From Vicugna vicugna (Eukaryota), in NCBI GenBank assembly GCA_013265495.1, contig MU061748.1, positions 16,054,147 through 16,118,146 of the forward strand: a stretch of 64,000 nucleotides of DNA, written 5' to 3'. Positions 24,044 through 37,700 of the stretch are shown here, piece after piece. Position 1 is the first letter of the stretch. Each line of letters starts with the position of its first letter. Below the pieces are notes generated by a model. The model saw only the letters and a program-made list of their open reading frames with translations. It searched no databases and was not told the origin of the DNA. Both the position numbers and the translations under genes were made by a program.

Positions 24044-27000
24044 ATATACCAAAATTAATTTTGTGTAAAATGTGTGAAAATAAACTGAATAAAGTTTGTT
24101 TGTCTTGTCAGAATTATTTTACCATCTTACTAGGTAGGGAAACAGACCAAAACTGTATAGCCATTGATATATTACTAGATAAATACTCCTAAAACCACAG
24201 TGGGCTAATTAACACTTCCACCTCATCTACCATGGAATTTGCCATTATCTGCTACGAATATTCAACAGTTTAGTGGCCAATAACATTGAGCTCTCCGTGA
24301 TGATTTCAGAACCCATCTTGCACCTGTCATTCTATAAAAGTCATGCTTCAGCTGCTTCCAAAAATTCATGACTGGCAAGGCTGCACAATAACTGACCCAA
24401 GAAAACTCAAGCCAAGGTCTTATTGATGATAGAGGATCCCTTGGGTATCGCTACTGTTAGCTCTGCTGTTTTGCCTTTTGCTGATGAAAATGACTGAAAT
24501 GTTCTAAACGTCCTCAGCAGCCTGGGTGTTGAGGGTTATTTAGGACTGTCTCAGCAGTGGTTGAAGTGAAGTGGTTCCTCTGTCTCTTGGCTGCATTACT
24601 GTCTTCAGGAGATGGGAGACCTCCCCAGATTGTCACATCTGAGAAACCTCCTCAGCCTGTGGACAGCCTTACTGTTGATGATGGATGGATGCCATAAAAG
24701 AAAGTTATTGAGGTGTGAATTACCGTCATAACTGAATTCTTTCCTTGCTGTGATAAGGGCAGAGGCCCGCTTGGTTTCCAAAGGAGATGTATTATATAGT
24801 GCCAGTAAAGCAGGTCACTCCCTTCAGCCTTATTTGGCCAGATTTAATTATTAGACCTTAAAAAGCATATATATACTCTGACATCTCACTTTCACAACAT
24901 TCTGTATATAGCAGAGTTGGGTATTAAGCCAGTTTACTTTGGACTCCATCCAAGAGAATTTAATTAAGAATATCTAAAGTACCTTGTTATGAGACGATCT
25001 TACCTGCAAATTGGTCCCAATGAGAGTGCTGTGTTAAAGTTTCCAAAGACATGGTCCAAAAAAAGAAAAAAAAGTTTAGGCTCTTTCTTCTTCTTCTATT
25101 TGTATACATGTACTGCTCAGTTCACAACTCAGACTGGACAATTCTCTTAGCGCAGGTGCAGAAGAGCCGTTGTGCTAAGGTCCAAAGGCACCTGAGTTTG
25201 GGGATTTGTATTGGATTTGCCATTGCACTTAAAACACATAAAAGGAAGAAGTTCTACGGGTTTGCAACCTTAGCCAATGGTGAAATGGAGAGAACAATAA
25301 TAATTCTAATGGTCTAAAAGAAATAATTCATTTTGCTTTTGCATGAAGCTATAAAATACTATCTAGAATACACTTTGAATATTTTTCTAACAGCCCTACC
25401 AGAAACATTGAAGAGGGGTACATAAATTATTCAAGTACCAAATAAAATTAATGAAGGGGTTCCTTTCCACCACATGCAAGTCCCAGAATGATGAAATGAA
25501 GTCTTATTGCACATATTTCCCCTTTGTTCCCCAAAACCAGAATACATTTTGGATATTCAATAACAGCCTAGATGATGTATTTGTTTTTCTGAGTACCATG
25601 AAAGGCTAACAATGTGTATTTCAAAACAGGAAAAGTACCTCAAATCCATGTTAGATGTTTGACATCCAGGACTCTTTTGTTTTTTATTTTGAGGGTGATA
25701 ATAATTATATAAACAATTAGTTGCAATTGTAAAACTGTAACTAGGTTTTTATATTATAAAAATATAACCAAACTTATCAATCAATTGTAAGTTTGCTCTC
25801 AGTCTATAACTCCTTTCTGTATGTGAGTTTTTGCAAGCTTAAAATCCATCTCTAAGTGAAAGAGAAACTGAGTGTTTCAGTTTTTTCCTATGCGTGTATG
25901 CGTGTTTTTTGGCACAAGAGATATAATTTATATGTAAATTTTATGAATACAACTTTCATAGTTTAAAAAAGTAAATATTTTTAGAACATCATATAATCAC
26001 ATAAAGAATACATCATTTGCCTAAGTACTCTTTGTATAATAGTAGTAATTAAACATACACAAACATCCATCCTTAGATGTGCAGATACACACAAAGCATT
26101 TGTCAACTACAGTCCTGCCATATTTAATGAAATCTATGGGTTATAAGGAAACTACTGAAGAAAAATGTTTTAGAGGTTATTATTTTATCCAAAATTTTAT
26201 GTTAAAAATCTATGTAATTGAAAACATGGAAAACAAAAACAAAAAATGTAACAAACCAATTTATTTTTAGTCATATCCAACTATAAGGAAAGTTTCTGAA
26301 TGGTCAATTTGTCTTTAAGGGGGTTATGTTTAGTGTTTTTTTCTCTTGATGTCTGAATCATTTTTCCAGGTAAATTTGCTTAAAACCTTTAAGAGGTTCC
26401 TCTGTCATTTTGAAAAGTGACATTTTGAGCATAGGAACACCTTTCATAATCATTTCTATATTTTCTCTGTTAATAAGCTCTCAATAAATACCCTGTGAAT
26501 GAAAAAGGAGATTAGAGACACTTTTAAACCATTCAGTTATTAAAAGTAGAATTATTAGCTAATAGCAGTGCTGAGAAAGAAAGAAAGCGGGGTTGGGAGG
26601 TTTTAAGGATCAAAATGAAACTAAATCTTCAAAGTCAGAAAAAGACTGGGATACTAAAGGGAACTAGGAACTCTGAGAACTTAAAAAAACAAACAAACAG
26701 ATGCATGCTCATTTTGTATTGTCTGGGTGTAACCCTCCAGAAAGAGTAGGATCAATGTGCACACTCTTTCTAGACACACAAGCATATAAAGATTGTCTGT
26801 TATCAACATTTTCATAAGTGGAGACATTCCCTAAATCAAGTTAAAGTAAAGTAGAACTTTTACATATAAGGGGTCTATAAAGCATTTTAAACAACTCCAT
26901 TATATTTTCCCTCACATTACTAAAAAAGTTATATTAATCATAAATTTTACCACTGGGAAAATTACTTTGAAACGGCTTCTTTAATTTTTTTTTCTTTCTC

Positions 27001-28539
27001 TGAGTATTCACGTTCTGAAGTATCCTTATGACCTTTCAAGACACTTTTGCCTTCTGCAATTTTAAGATGTAAGGGTGTGCTCTGTCCTGCCAGCCTATGG
27101 AGCTGACCAAACAGGAAATGACAAGTGCTTTTTCCGCAGGTGGATGGGGCTGGCAGCCAGGTAGCACAGGCAATTCTGCAGGCTAACGTGTGACACCGGG
27201 GCTTCACCCACAACCAGGAAAGCTCACTGCTCGAAGCATCCTTATACATGCAAAGGAAGAAAGAGATAATTCTCTCACCTAACCTTGGGAGGTAAATTGC
27301 CTTTTTCTGACACATAAAGTGAAACCCCACACTCTTTGTAAGACACTTGACTTCAAATGTATGTTTGAGAGGCAACTACCCCTTTAAAAAAGATTCCCAG
27401 ATCCCCCATCCCCTTGAGTAGAACTGTAATAAGAAAAAGCCCTGCTTTAACAGAAGGATCCCTCCGCGTGCTGTGTTTGCTTACTGTGTCTCTGTTGATA
27501 GACTGTTTTGCCTGAGGCACATTTATTTTTACTCTGTATGGGAAATGAAATAAATATATTAGTTATTTCTTATCAAAAGGCATTTTACTGTGTGTGCTTT
27601 TTTCAAATATAAAATCAAAAGCCTTCCTAAGAATAGAAATTTGACATAACTCAAATAATAAAAAACGACTTCCTTCATTCAGATAGCAGCAGGATATATA
27701 AGATTATAACTTTTATATCAAAGGCTGGCTTATTGCTCTCTTGATCAACAATGGAAGGACAAGGACACTGCTCAATTATATAAATCATCCCACAGAATTT
27801 ATGAGGTAATAAAAGCTGAAAGCTATAGATTCATAAGGGAGAGATTTTATGAAGTAGCATTCAGAATCATTTCAGTTAATTTCTCATCTATGTTAGAAAC
27901 AAAAAGGTTGACTTCAGAGCTTTAGCTTCTCCCTATTCATTTATTAAAACACTGTATTTACTTTAATCCAGATCTCTTTATCTCAGAGATAAAAGAGAAA
28001 ATTAAAAATCACTGTTGCATTCATGAAAGAAATTTTTGGCACCTCATTTCTAAGAACAGTGCATTAGGTACTTTGCCAATCTTTTCTGAAAAATATTACT
28101 TAGGGTAAATGTTTCCTCCTATTATTATCTGCCATTGCTTCAAAGTCTTGCTGCTTTCTCAAGCCCATATTGACCAGGTAGAGTTGCATTTTTTTTAAAT
28201 AAAGTTGCCCTCCCTGTCAAATTGAAGCCAGTTCCATCTACAAAACTTCCTACAATCAGTGCCGCTACTGCCAGGCACAAGGACTTCTTGGACAGAATAT
28301 AATGAGAGAGTTTTCGCATCACTTTCCACAGAACAGAATGTCCCGCAGTGGAACAGTAATGCAAACTGCCTCAAATTTCCTCTAAGTAAGAAAAAGTCCA
28401 ACAGTAAAATGAATAGAACAGGGGAAATTTTCAGAAAGAAAAATGTCATAGTATAGTAAGTTCTTTGCTGTTACTCCAAGTGATAAGGGACACTAGTGAA
28501 GGATTCTGAATGGGGGAAAGACATGAATTATTATTTACA

Positions 28540-28960
28540 CAGTCACTCTGACTGCAGTGTTGAGAATGTCACATGGGTAGAAATTGAGCAAATATCTAAA
28601 GGAAGGACGACTGGCTTAGATCAGAGCGGTGGCAGAAGAAATGAGAAATAGCTGGACTGTGGATTTTTTTTAATATTTTTTTAAATGGAGGTACTGGGAA
28701 CTGAACCCAGGACCTCATGCATGCTAAGCATGGGCTCTACCACTGAGCTATACCTCCCCACCCTGGGTTCTGGATACATTCTGAATGTAGAGCCAACATG
28801 ATATCTTGACGGACTGAATGTGGGTAGATGAGAAACAGAGTTGCCTAGGATGAATCCCGTATGTCTGGTCTAACAACTAGAAGGGGGAAACTCCACTAGC
28901 AGAAATGGAGGATGTGAGGCTGTGGGAGTAACCGATCTGGAAGCAAATAATAAGACATCC
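28540..28960 (-). mobile_element. L2 fragment interrupted by a SINE
   Basis: actggcttagatcagagcggtggcag...gagaaatagctggac [SINE] ggatacattctgaatgtagagccaacatgatatcttgacggactgaatgtggg. Confidence 0.7.
28664..28759 (-). mobile_element. tRNA-derived SINE (camelid Vic-1-like), short-tail form
   Basis: Minus strand: ggggaggtatagctcagtggtagag...gcatgaggtcctgggttcagttcccagtacctcc plus A-rich tail; Pol III A/B boxes present. Confidence 0.9.
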
Positions 28961-29399
28961 TCTTTGACATGTCAGATCTAGTTATACATTCTTAAAAATC
29001 ACTTTCTCCAAGAATATTGGAATGATGCAATATTTCTCAATCAGGCATAAAACCAAATGTGCAGTGTAACTCAAATGTTTATAATATCATGCATACCAAA
29101 AACACAGTGGTTTTATTAAGTGTAAACAGTTAACACTACTTATTTCTAGATGATAAAACAAAATGTAGGTGATTTTTATTTTCTTCTCTATACTTAATAC
29201 TGAACACAAACTACTTTTATAATATGAATAAATATAACAAATAACACCTCATCAGATAGAATATTCAATATTCTCAGATCATGCTTTAATATGTCAACAT
29301 TTATTCATTCATTTATCATGATTATTTAAAGGCATATCTTTTGTGAGGACAGAAAAATAAGCTAGAACTTGTCTTATTTCTTGAGGCATTCATTTTTTC

Positions 29400-30090
29400 T
29401 TATAAATGTTTTAGTTTAGAATAACTTTAGACTTCCAGAAAAGTTGTAAAGATCTCAGAGTTCCTATATACCCCTCACCAAGCTTCCCCTAATGTTACTA
29501 TCTTACATAATGATGGTGCACTTGTCAAAAGCAATAAAATAACATAAGTACAATGCTATTAACTAAACCATACACTTAATTCATATCTCACCAGTTTCTC
29601 CACTAACGTGCTTTTTCTGTTGCAAGATCAAGGCCAGAATACCCCGTTGCATTTAGTTATCCTGTGTTCTTATCTCATTCCAATCTGTAACAGTTACTTA
29701 TCTTACCTTGTTTTTAAAAAACTCGGCAGTTTCAAAGACCACTGGTGAGCTATTCAGAAGTTCCTCAACTTGAATCTGCCTAATGTTTTTCCCATGATCA
29801 TACGAGGGTTATGGGTTTGGGGGAAGCATACCACAGAGGTGAAGTGTCTTTCCTGTTACATCATATCAGAGGGTATGTGGTATCAACATGCCATGTGCCC
29901 CTACATTTACAATAGAGATTTCTCTGCTGCAAAGTCACTATTTTTCTTTCCATACATTTTCTTTTATAAGCGAGTCACTGTCTCCAGCCTTTGTTCACGG
30001 GGAGGGAATTAAGCTTCACATTCCGGAACGGGGAGTATCTTTATACCTTACGTGACATTTTTCGGTAAGGAAGAGTTGTGCCTTCTCTCC
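29400..30090 (-). mobile_element. Old L1 (L1MC-like) 3' end
   Basis: ttttagtttagaataactttagacttccagaaaagttg...gttcctatatacccctcacc...ataccacagaggtgaagtg. Confidence 0.8.
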
Positions 30091-30314
30091 GTTCATTTTT
30101 TTTATTCGACCATTTATTAATATTAATGTGAATCACGGCTATTTATTTTATTTGTTACAGTGTATAATTTTGATTCTTCTAAAAATACAGTAAAAGTAGG
30201 GAGGACGCATATCTTTATCAGTATTTTACAGATGAGTGTATGGTTCAATGCTTTTAAATACACACAATTCACAACAGAGATGCAGGGTGAAGAAAAACCA
30301 CAGAGTGCCTCCTG

Positions 30315-30851
30315 AAGGGGAGAGAAATACACCACTCCAAAATACGCCTCTTTTGCATATGGATTTGGGGGGGCTGGCTATTTTTAAGAGACAGCAGACA
30401 CAGGTGCAGCTCTGAAAACCGTGTAGAAGTTAAACTTTTTTCACAGGCATTTGTATTTATAAGGGAAATCTCCATCTGTGACAGCGTCTCCCTCTCTGTA
30501 CCTGGAAGACAAGGATGACTAAATGTCCAGAAACTCTTATTAATGGAGAAGGCACTGACTTAAACCCGCATAACCACCACACCCTTTTTACTGTGCTTTG
30601 CCTGAAAAACTCCCATAACTGTTTCCCTCCACCCAATGTCTCTCTTTTGCTTTTGCTAGAGATGGCATATAAAATGGTAGCTTGAACCACTTGGAGAGTT
30701 ATTCAGTTTTCCTGGCTACCTCCCATGAATACAGGACGCATACATGTTATTAGATGTTTGTTTTTCTCTTGTTAATCTGTCTTGTATTACAGTGGCTGTT
30801 TCAGCCAAGAACCTAGAAGGGTAGAGAGGAAATGATTTTTCTTCCTCCACA
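30315..30851 (+). mobile_element. ERV1-class solo LTR (MER34/MER39 group-like)
   Basis: tgaagggg...ccaaaatacgcctcttttgcata start; ttctcttgttaatctgtcttg...aacctagaagggtagagaggaaatgatttttcttcctccaca end. Confidence 0.7.
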
Positions 30852-31790
30852 TTCATAATCATGAACCTCAGAGGGAGCCCCATATAGGAACCTTCCATAG
30901 CTTGGGCAGAAAAATAAATACAGTATAATAAAATAACACTTCAAGAGATAAAGAAATCCACAGAATTCTAGACAATAGTTGCAGGCATTAAACCAGTTGT
31001 CTTACAGGAACTACACGAGTTCTGTCCACTTAAGTCCAGCTTAACAATCAGCTACAAGGTCATAACCGTAAAATAAAGAATACACCCATTTATGCAATAT
31101 GATGTCTCTGCTTACACAAAGAGAGCCACTTCCAAAAACGGACGGGTAAACCACATTTACTTTGCCTTATGTATTGGAGAAAGTATCCATGAAAAAGAAG
31201 TTACTCTTTTGCCATGAGTGGAAAGCACATCCGAGGACTTAAGTGCCGACCTCTCCTGATGGATGGATATAGAGACAGACAGGGAGGTTGGTGATAGATT
31301 AACCTCATTTTCTATTTATTACAAACTAACAACTATGACAGGATGCTTTAAGAAATGTATACCAAAAGTAAGTTCTTAGGCTAAAACCTAAGCATAATTA
31401 AATTGATCAGTTTGATTAACAAACATGGGAGGGTAAAAATTTAAGAGCCTCTCTATTTTTGTTTTGGTTTCACTAATAATAACAACTGACTGAATAAAAC
31501 TGGATACAGGGAGAAATCAGTGCAATGAGCTAATGAATTTTAAATGGAATATTATTATTTCATTTCTTCGGTTCAAATGAAGCTACATATAACATACACA
31601 TAAATTTCATTTCTTCCTTATTCCTTCCAAACTATTTTTCAAGCTATCCTGATATAAACAAGGGTTAGTTGCCCTGGAACATTACATCAGTCCATGAGAT
31701 ATCTTAAGTCAAGGAAACAGGTTCGAGCCCAGTTCACTGTGAGTACCACGAACAAGAGGTTTCCTAACTTTACAGACACCAGCTAAAGAA

Positions 31791-32248
31791 TGCTACTCGC
31801 CACCCCGTCCTACAGGGACTGAGTCACCAGCCACTGCAGTCGCTGACCTTCAACACACTCTGAAGGGAGTTCAGGGCAGAGATCAGGAATGAGGCACTCT
31901 GTGCTCTGGGAAAACTGGCAGAACAGGCCTTCAGATAGCTAAATATTTTCAGGATAAAATTTTAGGGACTCCGTTCCTTGCCTCTTTCCATATTTAGAGA
32001 AGCACTAAAAGCAGTAACTAAGAAGCCTGTGCCTCATGACTAGCAGTTACCTTCTACCGAGATGTGCGCTTGACTGCACGTACCCCTCCTCCAAAGTCAC
32101 ACACATGCTGACCTCCTCCCTTACCTCTTCGGAACAGTCCCTCTGAGCTATCTGAGAGGCTGTCCCCCGGGCTACAGTCCTCAGTAAGTCCCCAGATACA
32201 ACAGAAACTCACAGCTCCCACACTGTGCCTTTTAATTTCAGTTCGACA
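31791..32248 (+). mobile_element. ERV1-class solo LTR, probably lineage-restricted
   Basis: TG...CA termini (tgctactc...gttcgaca); internal ttcggaacagtccctctgagctatctgagaggctgtcccccgggctacagtcctcagtaagtccccag resembles artiodactyl ERV LTRs. Confidence 0.7.
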
Positions 32249-33509
32249 GAGAGACACTGAACAATATCAGGTCATGGAGAACCTTAAGCAACACCAATAT
32301 TCCTTCTTTCCAGAATAGCTCAGAGTACAGGGAATCAGATGCCAGAGGGTTCTCTGATATTTCAACACAGCATAGAATTCCCTTTAAAGAAAGAAGATCT
32401 TTATATTCTAAAAGTAAAGAACAGTTCACCAGTGCTATAGTTCATTTTGAATCCCTAAACTCTGTTGAAAAGTTTAAAAGAATTTTTTTAATGAAAAAGC
32501 TACCCATGCTTTCTTATATAATACTGATTCTTTCAGAGGCAAATGATGAAAGCATACAGTCAATTCTGGAGACAGGGGAAGCTAAGTGGTCACCTTCCAC
32601 ATGTCTTTACTTACCCTGTGCATTAAAGGAAAAAACGAATGGAAAATGCAAGAGTATATAGATGCCAAAAACTTTATTACTATAGAAAATCTGTACTTTC
32701 TGAACCTCAAGTTGATTAAACAATCTGAAAAAAAAATTATTTTGTTTTATTATAGGGTCCAAAAGGCACCATGAAAAATGTAGTCTAAAGGCCAAGTTAC
32801 TAGAAATATGTGTTTTATCAAGCCTTCATAGTCAAACGTTTGATCAGAAGGCTCAAGAAGAAAACTGAACACTTATAATTACCACACTTATAAAACACAG
32901 TGTGGCAATCTTGTCCAAAAATTTAAAAAAAAAGAAGAAGAAAAGGAGGAGAAAGAGGAGGGAGTTAAAGGTAAGTACTGAGATATTAAGATAATTTTCC
33001 CAGAAATTAAAAATAAGTATCTTATTGCCAGGGTGACTTTGGGGAATCATAGCTTCAAAAGATTTAACCATCGCATAATCAGCACATATGATACTATTTT
33101 CAGCAAATGTAATAAATATGCACAGATACATATAAACATACATATTTAGGAAATGAAACTGCAACTATATTATTTCACAACAGATAAACGCAATACTTCA
33201 GAAAGACACTGAGGATGTCACCATCTGTAGAACGTCCCACCACAATGGCAACATATGTTCCTAAGAAAACAGTGAGATGGAAAAACAAATTTTCAGCCAT
33301 GTAAAGATCTGATGTAAATCTCTAAGTCTTTATGCTCTAACCTTTTTGAGACCTGCATTGTTCCATAAAGAAATCTTAAATATGCAACTGAGAAAACCCT
33401 GTATCTACCAAAATACCAGGGATGGTCTAAGTTCTTAAATCAGTACCTCTGTATGCCTGTAGAGATAATGGTCCTTCATCCCTCAGTTAATAACACCACC
33501 TGATACACA

Positions 33510-34300
33510 ACATCATTCATTCATTTGTCATTCACTGATCCATTCATTCAAAAAAATGTATTAAACTGATCACTTGTCAGGCAGTGATAAAATGTTGGAG
33601 AGAGAAAACTGAGCAAACCATGGCCTCTGTCCACTGAGAAAATAAAATTCAGTGGCAGACAAAGATAGTAATCCAATAATCACATAAAGAAATGTGACAA
33701 CTTAATTATCACAAATGCTACAAAAGAGAAATACAAGTTACTTTAAAAATTTTTAATGGGTGAGGTTGACCCGATTAGGGAGTTCAGGAAAAGCTTTCCA
33801 TAGGAAGGGACCACGTACTATGATATTAAGAATATGTAAGTGTTAACTAGTTAGAAAAAGAAAGAATTTTAAAAATGAGGCAGAGGACTATGGAGAACAC
33901 CAGAAGACAGTGGGGTTAGAAAAGAGAGGAAATCATAACAGAAAATAAGATGAGGTAGAAACCAGGATATGGGTGTCACTGTAAATTACTTTAAGGAGTT
34001 TTGCCTTTATGCTAAGAGCTATACGCTGGCTTTGAAGCGTTAACAGCAAGGGGGATAACGCGATTAGATCTGCATTTTAAATGTTCACTATGGCCACAGT
34101 GTAAAGAAGACAAGAGGGAGCCAGAGGACACAGGAAGAACAGTTAGGCTGTTCTGTGGTCTAGGGGAGGACAGTGGCTGCAAAAGAGACTGGAATATATT
34201 CAGGGGCACAATCAACAGGACCTGGTAATGACTGCACATGGGGTGAGCGAAGAGTCAAGGATGAGTCTGAGGCTTTTGACTCCCATTTCCCTAACCTTTA
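33510..34300 (-). mobile_element. L2 (3' part)
   Basis: catcattcattcatttgtcattcact tail, aactgatcacttgtcaggcag, gattagatctgcattttaaatgttcactatggcc. Confidence 0.75.
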
Positions 34301-34569
34301 AAGTTCTTTATATTCCCAGATTTGGGGTCATTAATTAAAATAGCGAATTATAGACCCCTTTGATAACAGAGCTGAGGGAAAGAGGATGTCAAGAAAAATA
34401 CCTTTGTCTCCAGCTTAGGCAGAAATGTGGCATTATTGGAAATAAGGAACACTGGAGGAGAGCTGTCTGTTATCTGCTGGCTTGACTATTCGGTTACTTC
34501 AGGAAATTAGCTGAATTTTGGGCATGTTGAATGTGTCAGAGGTGATTAGCTGTCAGTAAAAAATTAGTG

Positions 34570-34975
34570 CTTATTTCATAGCAGGGAATTATCACAGGAA
34601 TTAGCCGCTCTACCAAAGACTGTCTTTCCCAGCCCTCCCCACTCCTTTCCATCTAGCTGGGGCCATGCGCTCAGTTCTCACTAAAGGAATACGGACAGTA
34701 GTACTGGGCCAGGAAGCCTGAGAAGTGCATGTGTTTTCCCACCTCCTTGTTCCCCGTCCCCTGACCTCATGCAAAAGTCTGCAAGCTTTAAGAGAGACTA
34801 AAGCTACACGTGAAAGGGAGTAAGCTTCCCTACAAATGACCATGTCGAAGGCTGCCTGCCAAAGAGAAGCTCTGACTTGGGCGATTACAAGAGTGGGAAA
34901 CCAAGCTTTATTATGCTATGCCCTTGGAATCTGGGACTCCGTTTGTTACAAGAGCTAGCAATATCCTAACGAAGA
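34570..34975 (+). mobile_element. ERVL-MaLR LTR (MLT1H/J-like)
   Basis: tttcccagccctcc...ggggccatgcgctcagttctc...gtttgttacaagagctagc. Confidence 0.7.
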
Positions 34976-34979
34976 CATG

Positions 34980-35760
34980 GAGGGTGATGTACCTTTGAGA
35001 CATTCATGGGAAGCTGTTAGATAGACAATTCGATACAAGATCTAGAATTCAAGGGAGAACTCTGGGCTGAAGATTTTAATTTAAGAGTCATCTGGGTAAT
35101 GGTAATAATTAAAGCTGTAGGCATACAGATTGTTTAAAGGGAAAACATGGCTAAAAGGGGAGAGACACTTAGATAGTTCAACAGTAGAGAAGACTTCAGT
35201 ACAGAAGTATAAAAGCATTTTCTTCTTATAGATGTTTACTAGTTAAATGGTTACTGACATCCAGAAGTATTTACTCAGCGATAGTTCAATGGCCCCACAC
35301 ATTCCTGTATTTACTCCATGAATATTTACTGAGCCTCTATTGTATCCCAGGCACAGTACAGAGCACATGGATGCAATGTTCATTGCATTCTCCGAAAGAT
35401 CACTGTGATTGCTTATAACAGGGCACTGGACCTGGCCGGAGAGTCAGCGGGAGTTTCACAAACGATCTTTTAACCAGAGGCCTAAAGGCTTAGTAGGAGC
35501 TAGGCTGCTACAGTGAGGGTGGGTGGGCAGACAATTCCTGACCTGGGTACAGCATGGAGCTTCTGAGATGGGAAGAAGCTTGAGACATTTTAGGATGTGA
35601 GAGAGCGACAATGTGGTAAGCGGGTAAGAGGACCAAAGGCTAAGTAGGGATCAGATCATTCGGGAACCCCTTAGGCTCTACATGAAGGATTTTGGACTTA
35701 ATTAGAAGTGGTGAGACACAGTTTGATGGTTTTAAGCAGAGGAAGGGCATAAAATAATGA
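34980..35760 (-). mobile_element. L2 fragments
   Basis: tctagaattcaagggagaactctgggctgaagattttaattt; atatttactgagcctctattgtatcccaggcacagt. Confidence 0.55.
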
Positions 35761-35789
35761 CATCAAAGCTTTGTTTCATGTTTGTGGTT

Positions 35790-36210
35790 TTTAAGGAGGC
35801 TCTTCAGAGCTATTTAACACGACAACCACCTGTTGGAGGAGCTCATCGAGAGGACGTGATGGCTGGTTGACCCACGAGCTGGACCCGAGCAATCAGAGGC
35901 TCTTCACCTGCTCGCCTGGCCTTGGGATGAACGCTTTGCCCACCATTCCTGCACTGGGATGCAGCCTTGAGACAGTCATGTGTTGCTGGGACTATACAGA
36001 CAGCATACAAGATTGAGCCCCATAAGGCCTCTCTGTAAACTCTCAGGATTCTGGCAGGCAGATGCAGAGATCTATTCATCTGGTTGCCCAAAACAAACCT
36101 GCCGCCTACCAATCTAGAGTGGTCTCTGGTCTCCCCTTGCCCTCCACGTACAGGGGCCTGATTCCGATTTCACCTGGGAAACTCCCAAGGCTGCGAACAA
36201 ACATCACTGT
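35790..36210 (+). mobile_element. ERVL-class LTR (MER54/MER74/LTR53 group-like)
   Basis: ttgggatgaacgctttgcccaccattcctgcactgggatgcagcc...ctgggaaactcccaaggct. Confidence 0.55.
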
Positions 36211-36429
36211 ATTTTACTCCCAAGGGAAAACTTTCAGAGCGCTAACCTCATTCCTATAAGCTATTGTTAACTCAGATTCTTTGTTATTTGAGTGTCACTG
36301 TCCATGCAAGTACTCTTCAGTCAGCAATACAGTGTCGCTGTAGCTTTCACAGAACTTTGCCAACACAATTTTGGACCCCTCTGTGTGCATCTTGATTAAG
36401 TTTAACCAATGATTTAAAAATCGTGCACT

Positions 36430-37100
36430 TAATTCAACAAACACTGACTAGACCAGGTAATACAGAGGCAAACAAGACCTGGTGTCCGCCCTCAAGAAAC
36501 TTACTGTTTTGAGATGGAGAAAAACAATAGGAAGCCAGAATCATTTTTAAGTACTCGTTAAGTACAAGTTTGAAGTACGCCCTACCAGAGGACGCATGGA
36601 AGCTGCAGGGAGGGCTTCACAGAGGAGGTGATATTCAAGCAGGATCACAAAATATTAAAGTATTAAACAGTTCAGGCATGGGATAGTGGCATTACAAAGA
36701 AAGAGAAAAGCAAAATCAAATGAAAAATGAAATTTCATGGCAAACACAAAGAATTAAACGATGAATTGGTAGGTTGATTAAAGAATGGTCTTCTAGGCCA
36801 GGCAAAGGATTCTCCACATTGACAACCTTCATAAAGTGGCACACACAGCAAATTCCACCTTCCTTCCTTGCTTTGCTTTTTCTTTCTAACATAGCACTTA
36901 ACTTCTAACATAATACATACTTTATACATATATCACATTTATTTCATATCTTCCTTATGTTGTTTATTCACGAACTTATTAGAATGTAAGTTCCCCCACC
37001 AGGAGAGTCAGGATCTTTGTTCTGTTCATGGAAGTAACTATAATACCTAGATCTGTTCCAGGCACATAGTAGACACTCAATAAATATGTTTAATAAAAAA
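36430..37100. mobile_element. L2 fragments in opposite orientations
   Basis: Minus: caacaaacactgactagaccagg...ccctcaagaaacttac. Plus: agaatgtaagttcccc...ggcacatagtagacactcaataaatatgtt. Confidence 0.65.
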
Positions 37101-37294
37101 AAACATCTTTTGAGTCAGCTGTCTTCAAAATGGTTTTTAATCATACATACCTACCAGTTAAAACTGTTTGATTTCAGATCTCAATATGTAAATGGGCTTA
37201 TTTATATCTGTATTCAACCACACTAATAATAATATACACATGATAAAAGTCATACAAAACAGACATTTCCTTTAAAAAGAAATTAAAACAATTA

Positions 37295-37420
37295 AGGGGG
37301 AAGGAAGGTATGGCTCAGTGGTAGAGCATGTGCTTAGCATGCCCAAGGTCCTGGATTCAATCCCCAGTACCTCCATAATAAATAAATAAACAAATCTAAT
37401 TACCTCCCCCTCAAAAAAAA
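37295..37420 (+). mobile_element. tRNA-derived SINE (camelid Vic-1-like), full length with target-site duplication
   Basis: gtatggctcagtggtagagcatgtgcttagcatgcccaaggtcctggattcaatccccagtacctcc...aatctaattacctccccc plus poly(A). TSD aaaaagaaattaaaa(c/t)aatta at 37274-37294 and 37418-37438. Confidence 0.95.
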
Positions 37421-37544
37421 AAGAAATTAAAATAATTAGAAATAGAGGTTCTAACAATTTCTTCCCGCAGCCTCTCTCCATTGTGTCTACTATAACTTAA
37501 AGTATGCTGCTATGGGGGGGGGGTTTGTTTGTTTGTTTGTTTTT

Positions 37545-37700
37545 TAATTACATCCCCTGCCTTGGTAAGAAGTCACATTACCTCTCCTTACAGCCTACTG
37601 GCCAAAACCAGCACATGGCCTCCTGCCTGAAAGGGAGTCTGGTAAAGGGACTTAAGAGTTACTCCGTTGTGTTGTGAGCCTATGGTGTGTGTAGCATCCA
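37545..37700 (-). mobile_element. MLT1 (J/K/L-like) LTR fragment
   Basis: cctactggccaaaaccagcacatggcc...aagggagtctggtaaag, reverse orientation. Confidence 0.55.

Noticed and set aside
24380-24700. Reverse-transcriptase or processed-pseudogene remnant (minus-strand AIPKGSS resembles GVPQGS)
   Set aside because: A single weak motif, stops nearby, and no supporting RT motifs.
37295-37375. tRNA gene (also 28690-28759)
   Set aside because: The tRNA-like head is followed by a SINE tail, poly(A) and a TSD, so it is a SINE rather than a functional tRNA.
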